A DNA stretch of 64,000 nt, from NCBI GenBank assembly GCA_038087875.1, contig JAXLNO010000362.1, positions 1 through 64,000 on the forward strand. Reading direction: 5' to 3'. The notes below the pieces were generated by a model. It ran no database searches and was not told the origin of the DNA. It saw only the letters and a list, made by a program, of their open reading frames with translations. This document shows, piece after piece, positions 23,619 through 35,807 of this stretch (position 1 is the first letter of the stretch; each line of letters begins with the position of its first letter). The DNA is from Malacoraja senta. Its lineage: Eukaryota. Position numbers and translations under genes: made by a program.

Positions 23619-26600
23619 TTTTACTTCGGAGTCACGTGCGTGACTACGTGAAGAGCCCGTCCAGCACGCATGCGCGACATTAGCGTTCACGCAGTGCAAC
23701 AACGACGACCGGGAGTACAGGCGCTCCCGCTATACGTCGGTGGAAAATAAACAGCGGACCATCAGGTAAGTCTTACTCTGAGGTCGTAATCAGCAAGCTG
23801 TGCTCTGCTCTGTATTCCAGGGGAACTGGGAAAATGAGCAGCACGGCAAAGGAGAAAACCGCCCCCCGTTCGACTCCAACAGAACGGGAGTGTCCCATCA
23901 GTGGGGGGCGAGACGCGGCACCTGGACCGCACATGCTGCGGCACACCCTCATCGAGACCGAGCCGAGCCCAGTCCCGCTAGCGCAGCCTGACCAACAGCA
24001 GCGGGCTGGAGGCAAATCAAGGCAAAACATACCGGCCGTTTATGTCTCACTCCGATGAGGAGGCTCTCCGCTTTAGAGCGGCAGAGCTAGCTGCCTGAGC
24101 CGCATGGAAAGGCTCATGGAGCAAATGCTCCAGCGAGACTTGCTTCGGGAGCTGGAGCAGTCTCGCCAAGGGAACTCAGGCACTCCCACATCAGTGCTCT
24201 ACAATGCACTGGCCATCACTTTCCCCTCAAAGCAGGGCAGCGTTGGCGACCAGGGCTGGGCTGGTCAGGAACAGGGGTCATTGGCTGAAGATGTCGGGAG
24301 TATGCTTGTGGTACAGGATCAGGAAGAGCTGCTGGGTGTGGAGATTCGCTACGTGGTTACACCACGAGCAGGGCGGCCGTTGCAGCCAAAACTGGCGGCC
24401 AGCATTAACCACCTGTCCCTCAAACCCCTACAAGACAGGTACTTAATGAGGCACTAGAGCTGGAAAACTGCAGTTCGCTCAATGTACCGGCTGTTAACAG
24501 CCAAATCTGGGGGGGGTATGTGGGACAGAGTATCCGGAACCAGAAGCTAAAATCCTCAAGCTCCTGACGACAGGGATAACAGCCTATGTTCGTTCTGTGG
24601 ATGGGGTGGATATGACCACAAACCAGCAAGACACTCTGGCTCTGCTGTGCAACACCCAATATGAGATAAACAACCTCCGCAAGGAGAGAATAAGACCTGC
24701 CCTCAATCCCAGGTTTGCAGGACAGTGTAAACACCGGCCTCAGAGCCGCAGATCCTGTTATTTGGAAGGGCAAGTGAAAGACCTGGAGGAGAGTCCAAAG
24801 CATTTGGCCTCATGAGGGCAGGCCCCGGAACGAGCAGACCCACACAAAAACCAGACGGCTGTACCCCACCGCGTCCACCAGTCAAGGTCAAATTTATGGA
24901 ACTGGTGAAAGCTCGGGGTCTGCATATTATCCCCGAAAGCCTTTTTAGGCCAGGGCCCAGAGCAGACCCCATGGAAAATGCGCCACCCCAATCAACGGTA
25001 CATCCAGCAGTACAATGACGGATGAACAAACGGAAGAAGGAACACTACCATAACTATGGAGGTAGGTGGGTATGGTTCCTACCAGCATGTAAAAATGGGG
25101 GAACTGTACTAACAGGGGGGAGATTACACCTGTTCATTGAAGCATGGAGGTCTGTCACGAATGATAGTTATATACTTAACAATATTCGGGGATACAAAAT
25201 AGAGTTCATTCAAGAAAACATGCCACATGTTCAGCACGTACCCCAAAGGGTCTTTACCCTCTCAGTCAAAGAGAACTAGAGGCTCAAGCAGAACTGGTGA
25301 GGTTACTTACAAAGGGTGTCATTGAGAAATCCAAACATGAACCTTTGGAATTTGTCTCAAATATATTTACCAAAAGCAAAAAAGATGGTGGATGTCGCAT
25401 CATCTTTGACTTAACCTCACTAAATACCTTTGTTAAGTATGTACATTTCAAAATGGAAACATTTGTAACTGCTAAACAACTGATTTCCAAACGATACTTT
25501 ATGGCAAGCATTGATTTAAAAGATGCCTACTATTCAGTACCCATTCACAAGGGTCATCGCAGATACCTGAAATGTACCTGGATGGGGCAACTATGGCAGT
25601 ATAAAGTGTTGCCTAATGGGTTGACCTCAGCCCTAGACTATTTACCAAGATATTAAAACCAGCCTTGGCAACATTAACGAAACAAAGACATATTGTCATG
25701 GCATAACTTGATGATATCCTAATAGTAGGCAAAACCATGGAGTTGGCTAAATCAGCTGTATTAGCTACCAAACAATTGTTTGAAACCCTGGGTTTTGTCA
25801 TACATCCAGATAAATCTAAGTTGACGCCATCCACAACTATGGACTATCTGGGATTCACAATTAACTCAATCCACATGTCTGTAATGTTGCCAAAAGGTAA
25901 AGCAGCAGAATTGGCACAGACGTGCAACAATTTAATGGTAAGCAATCGACCAACCATCCGACAAGTGGCAAGAGTAATTGGCAAAATGGTAGCAGCATTT
26001 TGAGCTACACAATTTGGACTCCTGCACTATCAGCACCTACAAAGGGCAAAAGTACAGGCGTTGAAACGACATGCAGGTCACTTTGACCGAACCATGAAAC
26101 TACCCATTTAAGCAATATCAGAGTTACAATGGTGGATATAACACAGTTGGCATAGTTCCAGCCCTATCATCATCAATAACCCAACGTTAACTATACAAAC
26201 AGATGCCAGTGCTCAAGGCTGGGGAGCAACTAATACCATATCCAGCACAGGTGGTAGATGGACTAACCTAGACTCATCTTTACTACAAACACTGGGCATA
26301 AATTATTTGGAAATGTTGGGTGCGTTTTATGGTTTTAAAGCATATTCTAGGAATATGCACAACTTGCATGTTCATTTACAAATTGATAATATCACGGTGG
26401 TGGCCTATATTAACCATATGGGCGGAATAAAATCGATATCATGTGACAATTGGGTCAACACAATCTGGTAATGGTGGGTCGATAGACATATTTGGCTATC
26501 AGCAACTTACCTACCAGGTAAGCTAAATACAGTGCCAGGTCACGCAAATTCAATGATAAACACCGAATGGATGTTAAATCCTAGAGCTTTTGCTAAAATT

Positions 26601-29333
26601 ACAAACCAATATGGCACACCAGATATCGATCTCTTTGCATCCAGACTAAATCACCACGTACCAATGTATGTCCCTTGGGAACCAGACCCTGAGGCAGCAG
26701 CGATAGATGCATTCGCGCTGAACTGGGGGACCTATTTCTTCTATGAGGAGCCGCCATCTTGGAGGAACGGCTGCTAAACAGCAGCCGTCCGTCAAATTCA
26801 CTTTTTCTTTAGTTTTAGCGTTTTTTATTTCTTTGTTTGTCTGGGGGATTTTGACTTTTAATGTGGGGGGGTAAGGGGGAAACTATTTCTAGGTCCCTAC
26901 CTGGCCGGTGAGGCAGCTTTTTCTCCGGGCTGCCTCGTCGACCCGTCCTCGTGGCTCACCAGCGGGCATGGAGCGCCGTTTCCTGACGGGGACCGCCCAG
27001 CACCTTCAGCTTCGGTGGCGGCACAGCGCTGGAGCGCTATCTTGGAGCGGAGCGGGCGATGCCTTGCCTGGGTCGCCGCGCTGGATCGACGCGCTGGAGC
27101 TCCGGTATGCGTTGACCGCCGAGATCAACACCTCCGGGCTGCGGGACTGCGGAGCGACCAGCTGCGGGCTTCAGGTGCCATCAACTCCGCTGGGAAACCG
27201 GCCGTTCCAGCCGCTGCGAGGACTCTCCCGACGGCCAGGAACATCGGGCCCCCGTAGAGGCAACTGTGGAGGCCTCATTGGGCCTGACTCTGGGGAGAAC
27301 TGGGGTTGGGGACTGGACATTGTGCCTTCCCCCACAGTGGTGGTCATTGTGGGGGGATGATTTTTGTGTGCTGTGCCTGTTAGTCTGTGTGCAAGATGGC
27401 GGTCGGAGGGGAGAGTGGACGCTGGCGCGAATTGGTCGCCGCTGCTCTCTCCTCAAATTGTGTTTCTTATTTTCTTTTTGTGCTTTTGAAATTGAATTCT
27501 GTTCTTGATTTGTGTATTGTGGTGTTTTTATATTTAATTTATTCCGATTATGTGTTTTGTATTTTTGTGAGTCTATGCCTTGTAAGGTGTCCTTGGGTTT
27601 TAGAAAGGCGCCAGTAAATAAAATGAATTATTATTATTATTATGCTTTTCCCCCCCTTCTGCCTTAATCTGTAGGGTACTACGCAAAATACAGATGGACT
27701 CTGCTTCAGGTATTTTGATAGCACCAACTGGCCTAGAACAGCCATGGTTCCCAGTGGGCCTCGACATGGTCATCGAAACTCCTCTGACCTTTCCCAGTAG
27801 CCCAGACCTATTGACGCACCCTGTATCAGGCATAAGTCATCCATGCCATGACAAAATTAACCTACTGGGTTGCAGATTATCAAAACACCACTGCTAGGAC
27901 TGGGATTGTCTGACAGGACCATCAACATGATGACACCGTATGTCCACTAGGAAACAATACCTATCGAGCATCAGGAAGTGGGAAAGATACTGCTCGACTA
28001 CTGGGACAACGTACTCATCTGCAACCATAACCAATGTACTGGAGTTCCTGGGGGGCCTTCACCATAATGAAGGATTGAGCTACAGCACCATCAATACTGC
28101 CAGACGTGCACTGTCAGCCTACTTAAAACAGGTGCCGGGACAACAGGCCATAGGGTCTCAACCACTGGTGATCAAACTCATGAGGAGTATCGTCAACTCC
28201 AACCCTCTTAGACCTAGGTATACCCAAATCTGGGATGTCAGTGTGGTCCTGACATACCTAAGGGGATGGTCCCCAGCCAGGTCTCACCCTGGAAAAGCTA
28301 ACCCTGAAAACGGTAATTCTGATGCCACTAGTCTCAGCACAAAGAGTCCAGTCCCTCCACTTACTGCGACTGGACAACATGGTTATAACACCAGACCGGG
28401 TCTCATTCACCATTCAGGAGCTGCTAAAGCAGAGCAAGCCAGGAACTTGAGTCCTAGTTATGGATTTCCGGGCATACACACCTGACCTATGGTTGTGTGT
28501 CATGACTCACTTATTCACTTACATCAACACAACAAGAGATTCTCGAGGGAGAGGAAAAGAAAAGAAAAGAAAAAAAAAAAAAAGCCTTATGGGTCAGCCA
28601 CAAGAAACCTCATGGTTGGGTGTCGAGCCAAACCATCTCGAGATGGCTCAAGCAGGTACTGGGAGCTGCTGGAGTAGATACTGATGTATATACATCTCAC
28701 TCCACCAGGGCAGCATCCACATCGGCGGCTAAAAGAATGAATATGGAGAAAACGTTCCAAACGTTCTACCACAAGCCGCTAGCAGAACCTGTGTTATTTG
28801 CAGAAAGTTTTAAAATCTGCAAAAATATATAATTTAAGCCCGGGGGAGCATTTTGTCTTTTGTTATTGTTTAATAGATACGATTATTGTTTACAAACAGA
28901 TTATGGTTGATTACGATAACATACTTCCTCCCTTGAATGACTTCGGCAGCGAGTGAAGTATGAACTGTTACACGGTTTGAAATCACAGAGCTTTAAAATC
29001 TTCACGTAGTCACTCACGTGACTCCGAAGTAAAATAGTAAGATTAAACGAGAACTTACCAGTTTGAAGTTTGATCTGTATTTTATGAGGAGTTACGATGA
29101 TGGATTACGTGCCCTCCGCTCCCACCCTCAATTATAGAGATCAACTGGTATCTTAGTTCTCCTTTTCTTTACTATGTTTATTTCAATTATTGTGTTTCCT
29201 GTGATTCCACACCGCTGCTTTGAAGAATGTCGCGCATGCGTGCTGGACGGGCTCTTCACGTAATCCCTCATCGTAACTCCTCATAAAATACAGATCAAAC
29301 TTCAAACTGGTAAGTTCTCGTTTAATCTTACTA
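23619..29333 (+). mobile_element. DIRS1-type retrotransposon, copy 2 (gag, RT, RNase H, N6-adenine methyltransferase-like domain, tyrosine recombinase; degraded)
   Basis: KKDGGCRIIFDL, IDLKDAYYSVPI, TDASAQGWGA, IDLFASRLN...FFY/AFPPF, SHSTRAASTS. ICR at about 29000-29111, right ITR at about 29229-29333. Confidence 0.95.
26746..27640 (+). mobile_element. GC-rich non-coding retroposon with an L2-like tail, inserted in the DIRS methyltransferase motif
   Basis: Splits ttcttctatg|cttttccccccttc (FFYAFPPF); ends gtaaggtgtccttggg...aaaggcgcc...(tat)n; possible TSD tatg. Confidence 0.75.
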
Positions 29334-29437
29334 TTCTAGTTGGTGAGAAGTTGGTGAGACCGCATTTGAGGTATTGCGTTCAGTTTTAGTCACACTGCTC
29401 CAGGAAGGAAGCTGGAAAGAGTGCAGAGAAGATTCAT

Positions 29438-30397
29438 GACAATAGACAATAGGTGCAGGAGTAGGCCATTTGGCCCTTCGAGCCAGCACCACCATTCAAT
29501 GTGATCATGGCTGATCATCCACATTCAGTACCCTGTTCCTGTCTTCTCACCATATCCCTTGACTCCGCTATCTTTAAGAGCTCTATCTAACTCTCTCTTG
29601 AAAGCATCCAGAGAATTGGCCTCCACTGCTTTCTGAGGCAGAGAATTCCACAGATTCACAACTCTCTGGGTAAAAATGTTTTTCCTTATCTCCATTTTAA
29701 ATGGCCTTCCCCTTATTCTTAAACTGTGGCACCTGGTTCTGGACTCCCCCAACATCGGGAACATGTTTCCTGCCCCGAGCGTGTTCAATCCCTTCATAAT
29801 CTTATATGTTTCAATAAGAAACCTTCTCATCCTTCAAAATGCCAGAGTATACAAGCCCAGCCACTCCATTCTATCAACATATGACTGTCCCGCCATCCCG
29901 GGAATTAATCTCGTGAACCTACGCTCCACTCCCTCAATAGCAAAAATGTCCATCCTCAAATTTGGAGATCAAAACTGCACACAATACAGGGCCCTTGTGT
30001 GGTCTCACAAGGGCCCTGTACATCTGCAGAAGGGCCTCTTTGCTCCTATACTCAACTCCTCTTGTTATGAAGGCCAACATGCCATTGGCTTTATTTGCTG
30101 CTTGCTGTACCTGCATGCTTACTTTCAGTTTTGTGATGAACAAGAGCCCCCAGATCTCTTTGTACTACCCTTTTTCCCAACATGACATCATGCAGGTAAT
30201 AATCTGTCTTCCTGTTTTTGCCACCAAAGAGGATAACCTTACATTTATCCACATTAAATTGCATCTGCCATGCATCTGCCCACTCACCCAACCTGTTGAA
30301 GTCACTCTGCATCATAGCATCCTCCTCACAGTTCACACTGCCACCCAGCTTTGTGTCTTCTGCAAATTTGCTGATGTTGCTTTGAATCCTTTCATCT
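29438..30397 (-). mobile_element. CR1 RT/3' fragment
   Basis: KFAEDTKLG, WQMQFNVDKC, C-terminal motifs and (CTATTGT)n tail. Confidence 0.9.
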
Positions 30398-31600
30398 AAC
30401 CCACCTTACTCACCGTTCTCATCTGCTCCAAGCGCACCAAGTTTTGTTCTGATCGATGGTAGATTACAAAAGTTAGTAAGGTTTAAAAAATCGTGAGATC
30501 AGCAGATCGGTCTTCACACCTGTCAGTCACCATGAAGGTAATGCCCCTTCCGGCACCCGCTGTTAATCACCGGGAGGGGCGAGGACAAAAAACCCCAGAG
30601 GCGGGGCTGAATCCACAAGCCGTGCTGATTGAGTCTGTGAGCCATGCGGAGGAGAACAACCAGCGAAGCGATCAGCGCCCGCTGTGAGTCCCCATTGCAC
30701 CCAAAACCCCTTCCCCTCTGGCCCCCCTCACCTGTAATACCGCACACTCCACCATGGCTCTTCCCCGTCTTTTTTCCGAGTTCTCTCCACCCCCTGTACA
30801 CACACCCCTCCCCCTAAAACCCCACCGCCTCCTCACCCACACACACCACACCCTCCCACACCCCTCCCTTCCACACACCTCTCACAATCCTCGCCCTGCC
30901 CACACATCCCCCGAGCTTTCTCCCCGCTCTCTCCCCACCCCGACCAACAACCCTCATCCCCCCACAACCCCTCTGCCCACACACCCCTCCCTCCCACACA
31001 CCTCTGCCCCCCACAACCCCTCCCTGCCCACACCCCTGTTCCCCCAACACAACCGCCCCCCCCACACACCCCCACAATTCACCACCACCCACAATGCCTC
31101 CCCACAATTCCACGCCACCCACACCCCCCCCTTCTCTCCTCACAATCTCCCCTCCCCCCACACAACCCACCATCCCCCTATACAAGCCCACAAACCCCTC
31201 CCCCCATCCCCCACAACCCTCCCCACACAACCCCCTCCCCCAACACAAGCCCACACAATCTACCCCACACCCCTCCCCCACCGGCAAACCCCTCCTCCAC
31301 AACACCCCTGCCCACAACCCCCCACCCACAACCCCCCTCTTCCTCACTACCCCCACATACCGCCCACCCACGCTCACACCCCTCCCCTCCACACTCCCCT
31401 GCCCACACACACCCCTCCCCCTCTCACAACCTCTCTCCCCATACCCCGCCCATACCACATCCCCCCAACACACACATCCCTCCTCCCCCCTCACAAACCC
31501 CTCCAGCCCACATGCTCACTTCCTCTCCCACACCATACCCCCCCCCCCAACCACAGACCCCCCGTGGTGACTGAGACCCAGTGGGTCCCACTTAGTCTCG
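30398..31600 (+). mobile_element. Candidate non-autonomous Helitron containing a C/A-rich low-complexity tract (about 30780-31560)
   Basis: Interrupts a CR1; ends with hairpin gaccc-agt-gggtc (31575-31587) then CTCG|T, one mismatch from CTAG. Confidence 0.4.
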
Positions 31601-32940
31601 TACTTTCTGAAAGTCCAGGTACACTACATCCACTGGCTCTCCCTTGTCCCTTTTCCTAGTTACATCCTCAATAAATTCCAGAAGATTAGTCAAGCATGAT
31701 TTCCCCTTCGTAATCAATGCTGACTCGGACCGATCCTGTTACTGTTTTCCAAATATGCCGCTATTTCATCTTTTAGAATTGACTCCAGTATCTTCCACAC
31801 CACCGATGTCAGGCTAACTGGTCTATAATTCCGTTTTCTCTCTCTCGCCTTTCTTAAAAAGTGGGAGAACATTAGCTACCCTCCAATCCACAGGAACTGA
31901 TCCTGAATCTTTAGAACATTGGCAAATGTTCACCAATGCGTCAACAATTTCTAGAGACACTTTCTTAAGTACCCTGGGATGCAGGTCACCAGGCCCTGGG
32001 GATTTATCAGCCTTCAGTCCCATCAGTCTACCCAACACCATTTCCTGCCTTTTGTGAATTTCCTTCAGTTCCTCCATCACCCTAGATCCTCTGGCCACTC
32101 CTCTGGCCATCAGGGAAATTGTTTGTGTCTTCCTTAGTGAAGACGGATCAGATGCTTTCAAGAGAGTTAGATAGAGCTCTTAAAGATAGCGGAGACTAGG
32201 GATATGGTGAGAAGGCAGGAACGGGTTACTGAATGTGGATGATCAGCCATGATCAAATTGAATGGCGGTGCTGGCTCGAAGGGTCAAATGGCCTACTCTG
32301 CTCCTATTGTCTATTGTATATTGTCAAAGTACCTGTTCAACTCGTCTGCTATTTCCTTGTTCTCCATAATAAATTCACCTGTTTCAGTCTTCAAGATTCC
32401 AACTTTAATCTTAACTAATTTTTTCCTCTTCACATACCTAAAGAAACTTTTACTATCCTCCTTTATATTCTTGGCTAGCTTACCTTCGTACCTCATCTTT
32501 TCTCCCCACATTACCTTTTTAGTTATCTTCTGTTGATCTTTAAAAGTTACCCAATCCTCTGCCTTCCCACTCATCTTTGCAATGTTATACTTCTTCTTTT
32601 TTATTTTTACTCTCCCTGACTTCCCTTGTCAGCCACGGTCACCCCTTACTCCCCTTGGAATCTTTCTTTCTCTTTGGAATGAACTGATCCTGCACTTTCT
32701 GTATTATTCCCAGAAATATCTGCCTTTGTTGTTCCACTGTCATCCCTGCCAGGTTTTCTTTCCAGTCAACTTTGGCCAGCTCCTCCCTCATGGCTCCATA
32801 GTCCCCTTTGTTCAACTGTAATACTGACATTTCTGATTTTCCCTTCTCTCGCTCAAATTGTAGATTAAAACATATTATGGTCAATACCTCCTAATGGCTC
32901 CTTTACCTTGAGTTCCCTTATGAAATCCGGTTCATTACAC
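31601..32940 (-). mobile_element. CR1 ORF2 middle fragment, with a plus-strand CR1 3' insert at about 32150-32320
   Basis: KSPGPGDLHPRVLK, DWRVANVLPLFKKG, SKSFFRYVKRK. Confidence 0.88.
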
Positions 32941-33556
32941 ACCACTAAGGGTGTTGTGTAATGAGAATGTTGCCAGCACTCGAGAATTAGACAGATACAT
33001 GATGAGGTCAGGTTTGCAGGGGTATGGGCCAAATGCAGGCAGGTGGGACTGGTGTAGGTGCGACATGTTGGTTGGTGTGGGCAGGTTGAGTCGAAGGGCC
33101 TGTTTCCACACGGTATGTATAGGGGCCATTTATGTTTAGGCCTGCTACTGCAGGCATATTATATTAGTTTGTCTAGATATTTCTAGTGGTATTATTTTGT
33201 ACAGTTGGTGGTGGTCATTTGATGAATGGAGGGGTGTAACACATGGGCTTAGTGGACAGGGAGTGATTCAGACCAGCTACAGGAGGTGGAGGGTACACAG
33301 TTCACACAGATCGGGAGAACAGGAAGTTACAACTTGTATGAGAATAAAGAGAACCTGGTACGTTCATATCTTTGTTTGTACAACTACTTCAATAAAGAAT
33401 GACTGGAAGATCTGTTCTTTTTTGGTCTGTGTAAGATCACTCCTACTTACCTGTGTAGTAATGGCAATGGAAAGTTGGACATAGTGAAAGTTAGAAATGG
33501 CCATTACAGTATGACTCTCTGGCTCTCTGACTTCCCTCGCCCAGAGATGTCCTCAC

Positions 33557-33850
33557 CTTCCATGAACAGATACACCATGAGCATGGCTTCCCCGTGCCGG
33601 TTTCGGACTGAGCACAAGGCCGTCATGTCCTCCCCTCCCTCACCCCCTCTCAGAGTGAGGGAGCCATACACCAGATGCCCGCTTGCCACCTGCCAGATGT
33701 GGAGACGTCCGTGGGTTTGATTTCCGCTGAGGTTGGCGAGGAGGAGGCGCCAGGTGAGCTCTCCGGGTGGGTTGCACCTGGCCGCACACACACAGGTGAC
33801 ACTCTCAGGTGTGTGAGTGCATCGCGAATCCCAGAAAATCTCTGGCGCAT
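33557..33850 (-). CDS. Siglec/MAG-like receptor, membrane-proximal Ig exon
   Basis: YAPEIFWDSRCTHTPESVTCVCAARCNPP...CSVRNRHG resembles the Cys-rich last Ig domain of MAG-type Siglecs. Acceptor ctctccag, donor G|gtgagg. Confidence 0.92.
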
Positions 33851-34119
33851 CTGGAGAGGGAGGAACAAGACACGAGAGAGTTGTGAATCTGTGCAATTCT
33901 CTGCCACAGAAGGCAGTGGAGTCCAGTTCACTGGATTTTTTTCAAGAGAGTTAGATTTAGCACTTATGGCTAAAGGAATCAAGGGATATGGGGAAAAAGC
34001 AGGACTCGGGGGTACTGATTTTAGTAGATTAGCCAAGATCATATTAAATGGTGGTGCTGGCTTGAAGGGCCGAATGGCCTACTCCTGCAACTATTTTTCT
34101 ATGTTTCTTGGAGATCAAA

Positions 34120-34770
34120 CCCAAAATGCTGGAATAAATTCAGCGGGACAGGCAGCATCTCTGGAGATAAGGAACTGTCCTATCTGCCTCCATCACCGCC
34201 CTTGACAGCGTGTTGCAGATGCTCTCCATGGTCTGTTAAACAGTTTACCAGGGAGTACAAGTACCTTATACAAATATCATCAGTCTGAAGAAGGGTCTCA
34301 CCCCAAAACATCACCTATTCCTTCCCTCCAGAGATGCTGCCTGTCCCGCTGAGTTACTCCAGCATTGCAATGACCAACCTGATCTCCCAGTGACTCAGCA
34401 CTTCAACTCTTCCTCACATTCCGAATCTGACCTTTCTGTCCTGGGCCTCCTCCATGGCCAGAATGAGGCCCACCGTAAATTGGAGGAGCAGCACCTCATA
34501 TTTCACTTGGGCAGTTTACACCCCAGCGGTATGAACATTGACTTCTCTAATTTCAGGTAGTCCTGGCTTTCTCCTCTCCTTCCCAGCTCTCCCTCAGCTC
34601 ACAGTCTCCGCCTCCTACTTTCTTCTTCCCGCCCCCCCCCACCCTCACATCAGTCTGAAGAAGGGTCTCGACACGAAACGTTGCCCATTTCATTCGCTCC
34701 ATAGATGCTGCCTCACCCGCTGAGTTTCTCCATCATTTTTGTCTGCTCCAGCATTTAGTGTCTATCTTCA
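34120..34770. mobile_element. Penelope-like element remnant (GIY-YIG C-terminal part and terminal repeats with hammerhead motifs)
   Basis: QHFNS...DLSVLGL...EQHLIFHLGSLHPSGMNIDFSNF at about 34395-34560; CTGAAGAAGGG...GAAA-type motifs at 34285 and 34655. Confidence 0.75.
34655..34682 (+). ncRNA. Minimal hammerhead ribozyme motif
   Basis: CUGAAGA-A-GGGUCUCGACAC-GAAA-CGUU. Confidence 0.6.
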
Positions 34771-34789
34771 GTAAACGGGTCTGATCCAA

Positions 34790-35375
34790 GAACTCTGAGG
34801 CCCTGTACAAGAAGGGACAGAGCTTTCTGAGAAGGCTCCCCTCCTTCAACATCTGCAGCATGGAGCTGCAGATGTTCTACTAATCAGTGGTGGCCAGTGC
34901 CATCTTCTTCGCTGCCATGTGCCGGGGCAACAAGGTGAAGGCTGCGGACGCCAATGGGATCAACAAGCTCATCAGGAAGGCCGGCTCTGTCCTGGGGGCG
35001 GAGTTGGATTCATAGGAGGTTGGTCTTGGAGGGGCGGATGCTCCTCAAACTGTGGAGCATCCTGGACAATACAGCTCACCCCCTCCGTGACACATTGGTC
35101 AACCTGAGGAGCACCTTCAGCAACAGACTGGTTCCACCAAGATGCAGGACAGAACGCCACAGGAGATCCTTCTTACCCGTGGCTATCAAACTGTACAACT
35201 CCTCCCCCTTCTGTCGTAGTGTAGACTGAGACTGACTCGCCTCCCCACCACCCCCTCCCACGTAATCTTTGCACAGCCGCCAAGCCTTTCCACTCGTCAC
35301 TTTAATTTCGTATTTCAAGTATTTTGTGTTTTTAGTACTCTCCTGGGATAAATAAAGTTCTATCGTGTCGTATCA
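34790..35375 (+). mobile_element. Rex1/Babar-type LINE 3' fragment
   Basis: LQMFY.SVVASAIFFA, ILDNTAHPL, RCRTERHRRSFLPVAIKLYN; aataaa plus short tandem tail. Confidence 0.75.
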
Positions 35376-35807
35376 TATTGTAAAAGTTGCCCCACACATC
35401 TCCTTTACCATTTTCCCCTCTCACCTTAAAGCTCTGCCCTCTCAACCTTGACATTTGCACCATGTGAAAAAGAGTCTGACTGTCTACCTTCTCAATGCAA
35501 CTCATAGTTTTATATATTTCTATCAAGTCTCCCCTCAGCCTTTCAACTGGGTGGTGAATCTGTGGAATTCTTTGCCACAGATGGCAGTGGAGGCCAAGTC
35601 AGTGGATATATTTAAGGCAGAGATAGATAGATTCTTGATTAGTACGGGAGTCAGAGGTTATGGGGAGAAGGCAGGGGAATGGGGTTGAGAGGGAGAGATA
35701 GATCAGCCATGATAGAATTGCAGAGTAGACTTGATGGGCCGAATGGCCTTTTTGTGCTCTCATCACTTATGAACATGAACTCCAGAGAAAGTCTATCCAA
35801 CCTCTTC

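Noticed and set aside
26532..26777. Bacterial or phage contamination (methylase and integrase motifs)
   Set aside because: These are normal DIRS domains, bounded by DIRS termini within a vertebrate intron.
30754..31659. 301-aa Pro/His/Thr-rich ORF and its antisense Gly/Val-rich ORFs
   Set aside because: Low-complexity C/A tract lacking stops; no domain or splice support.
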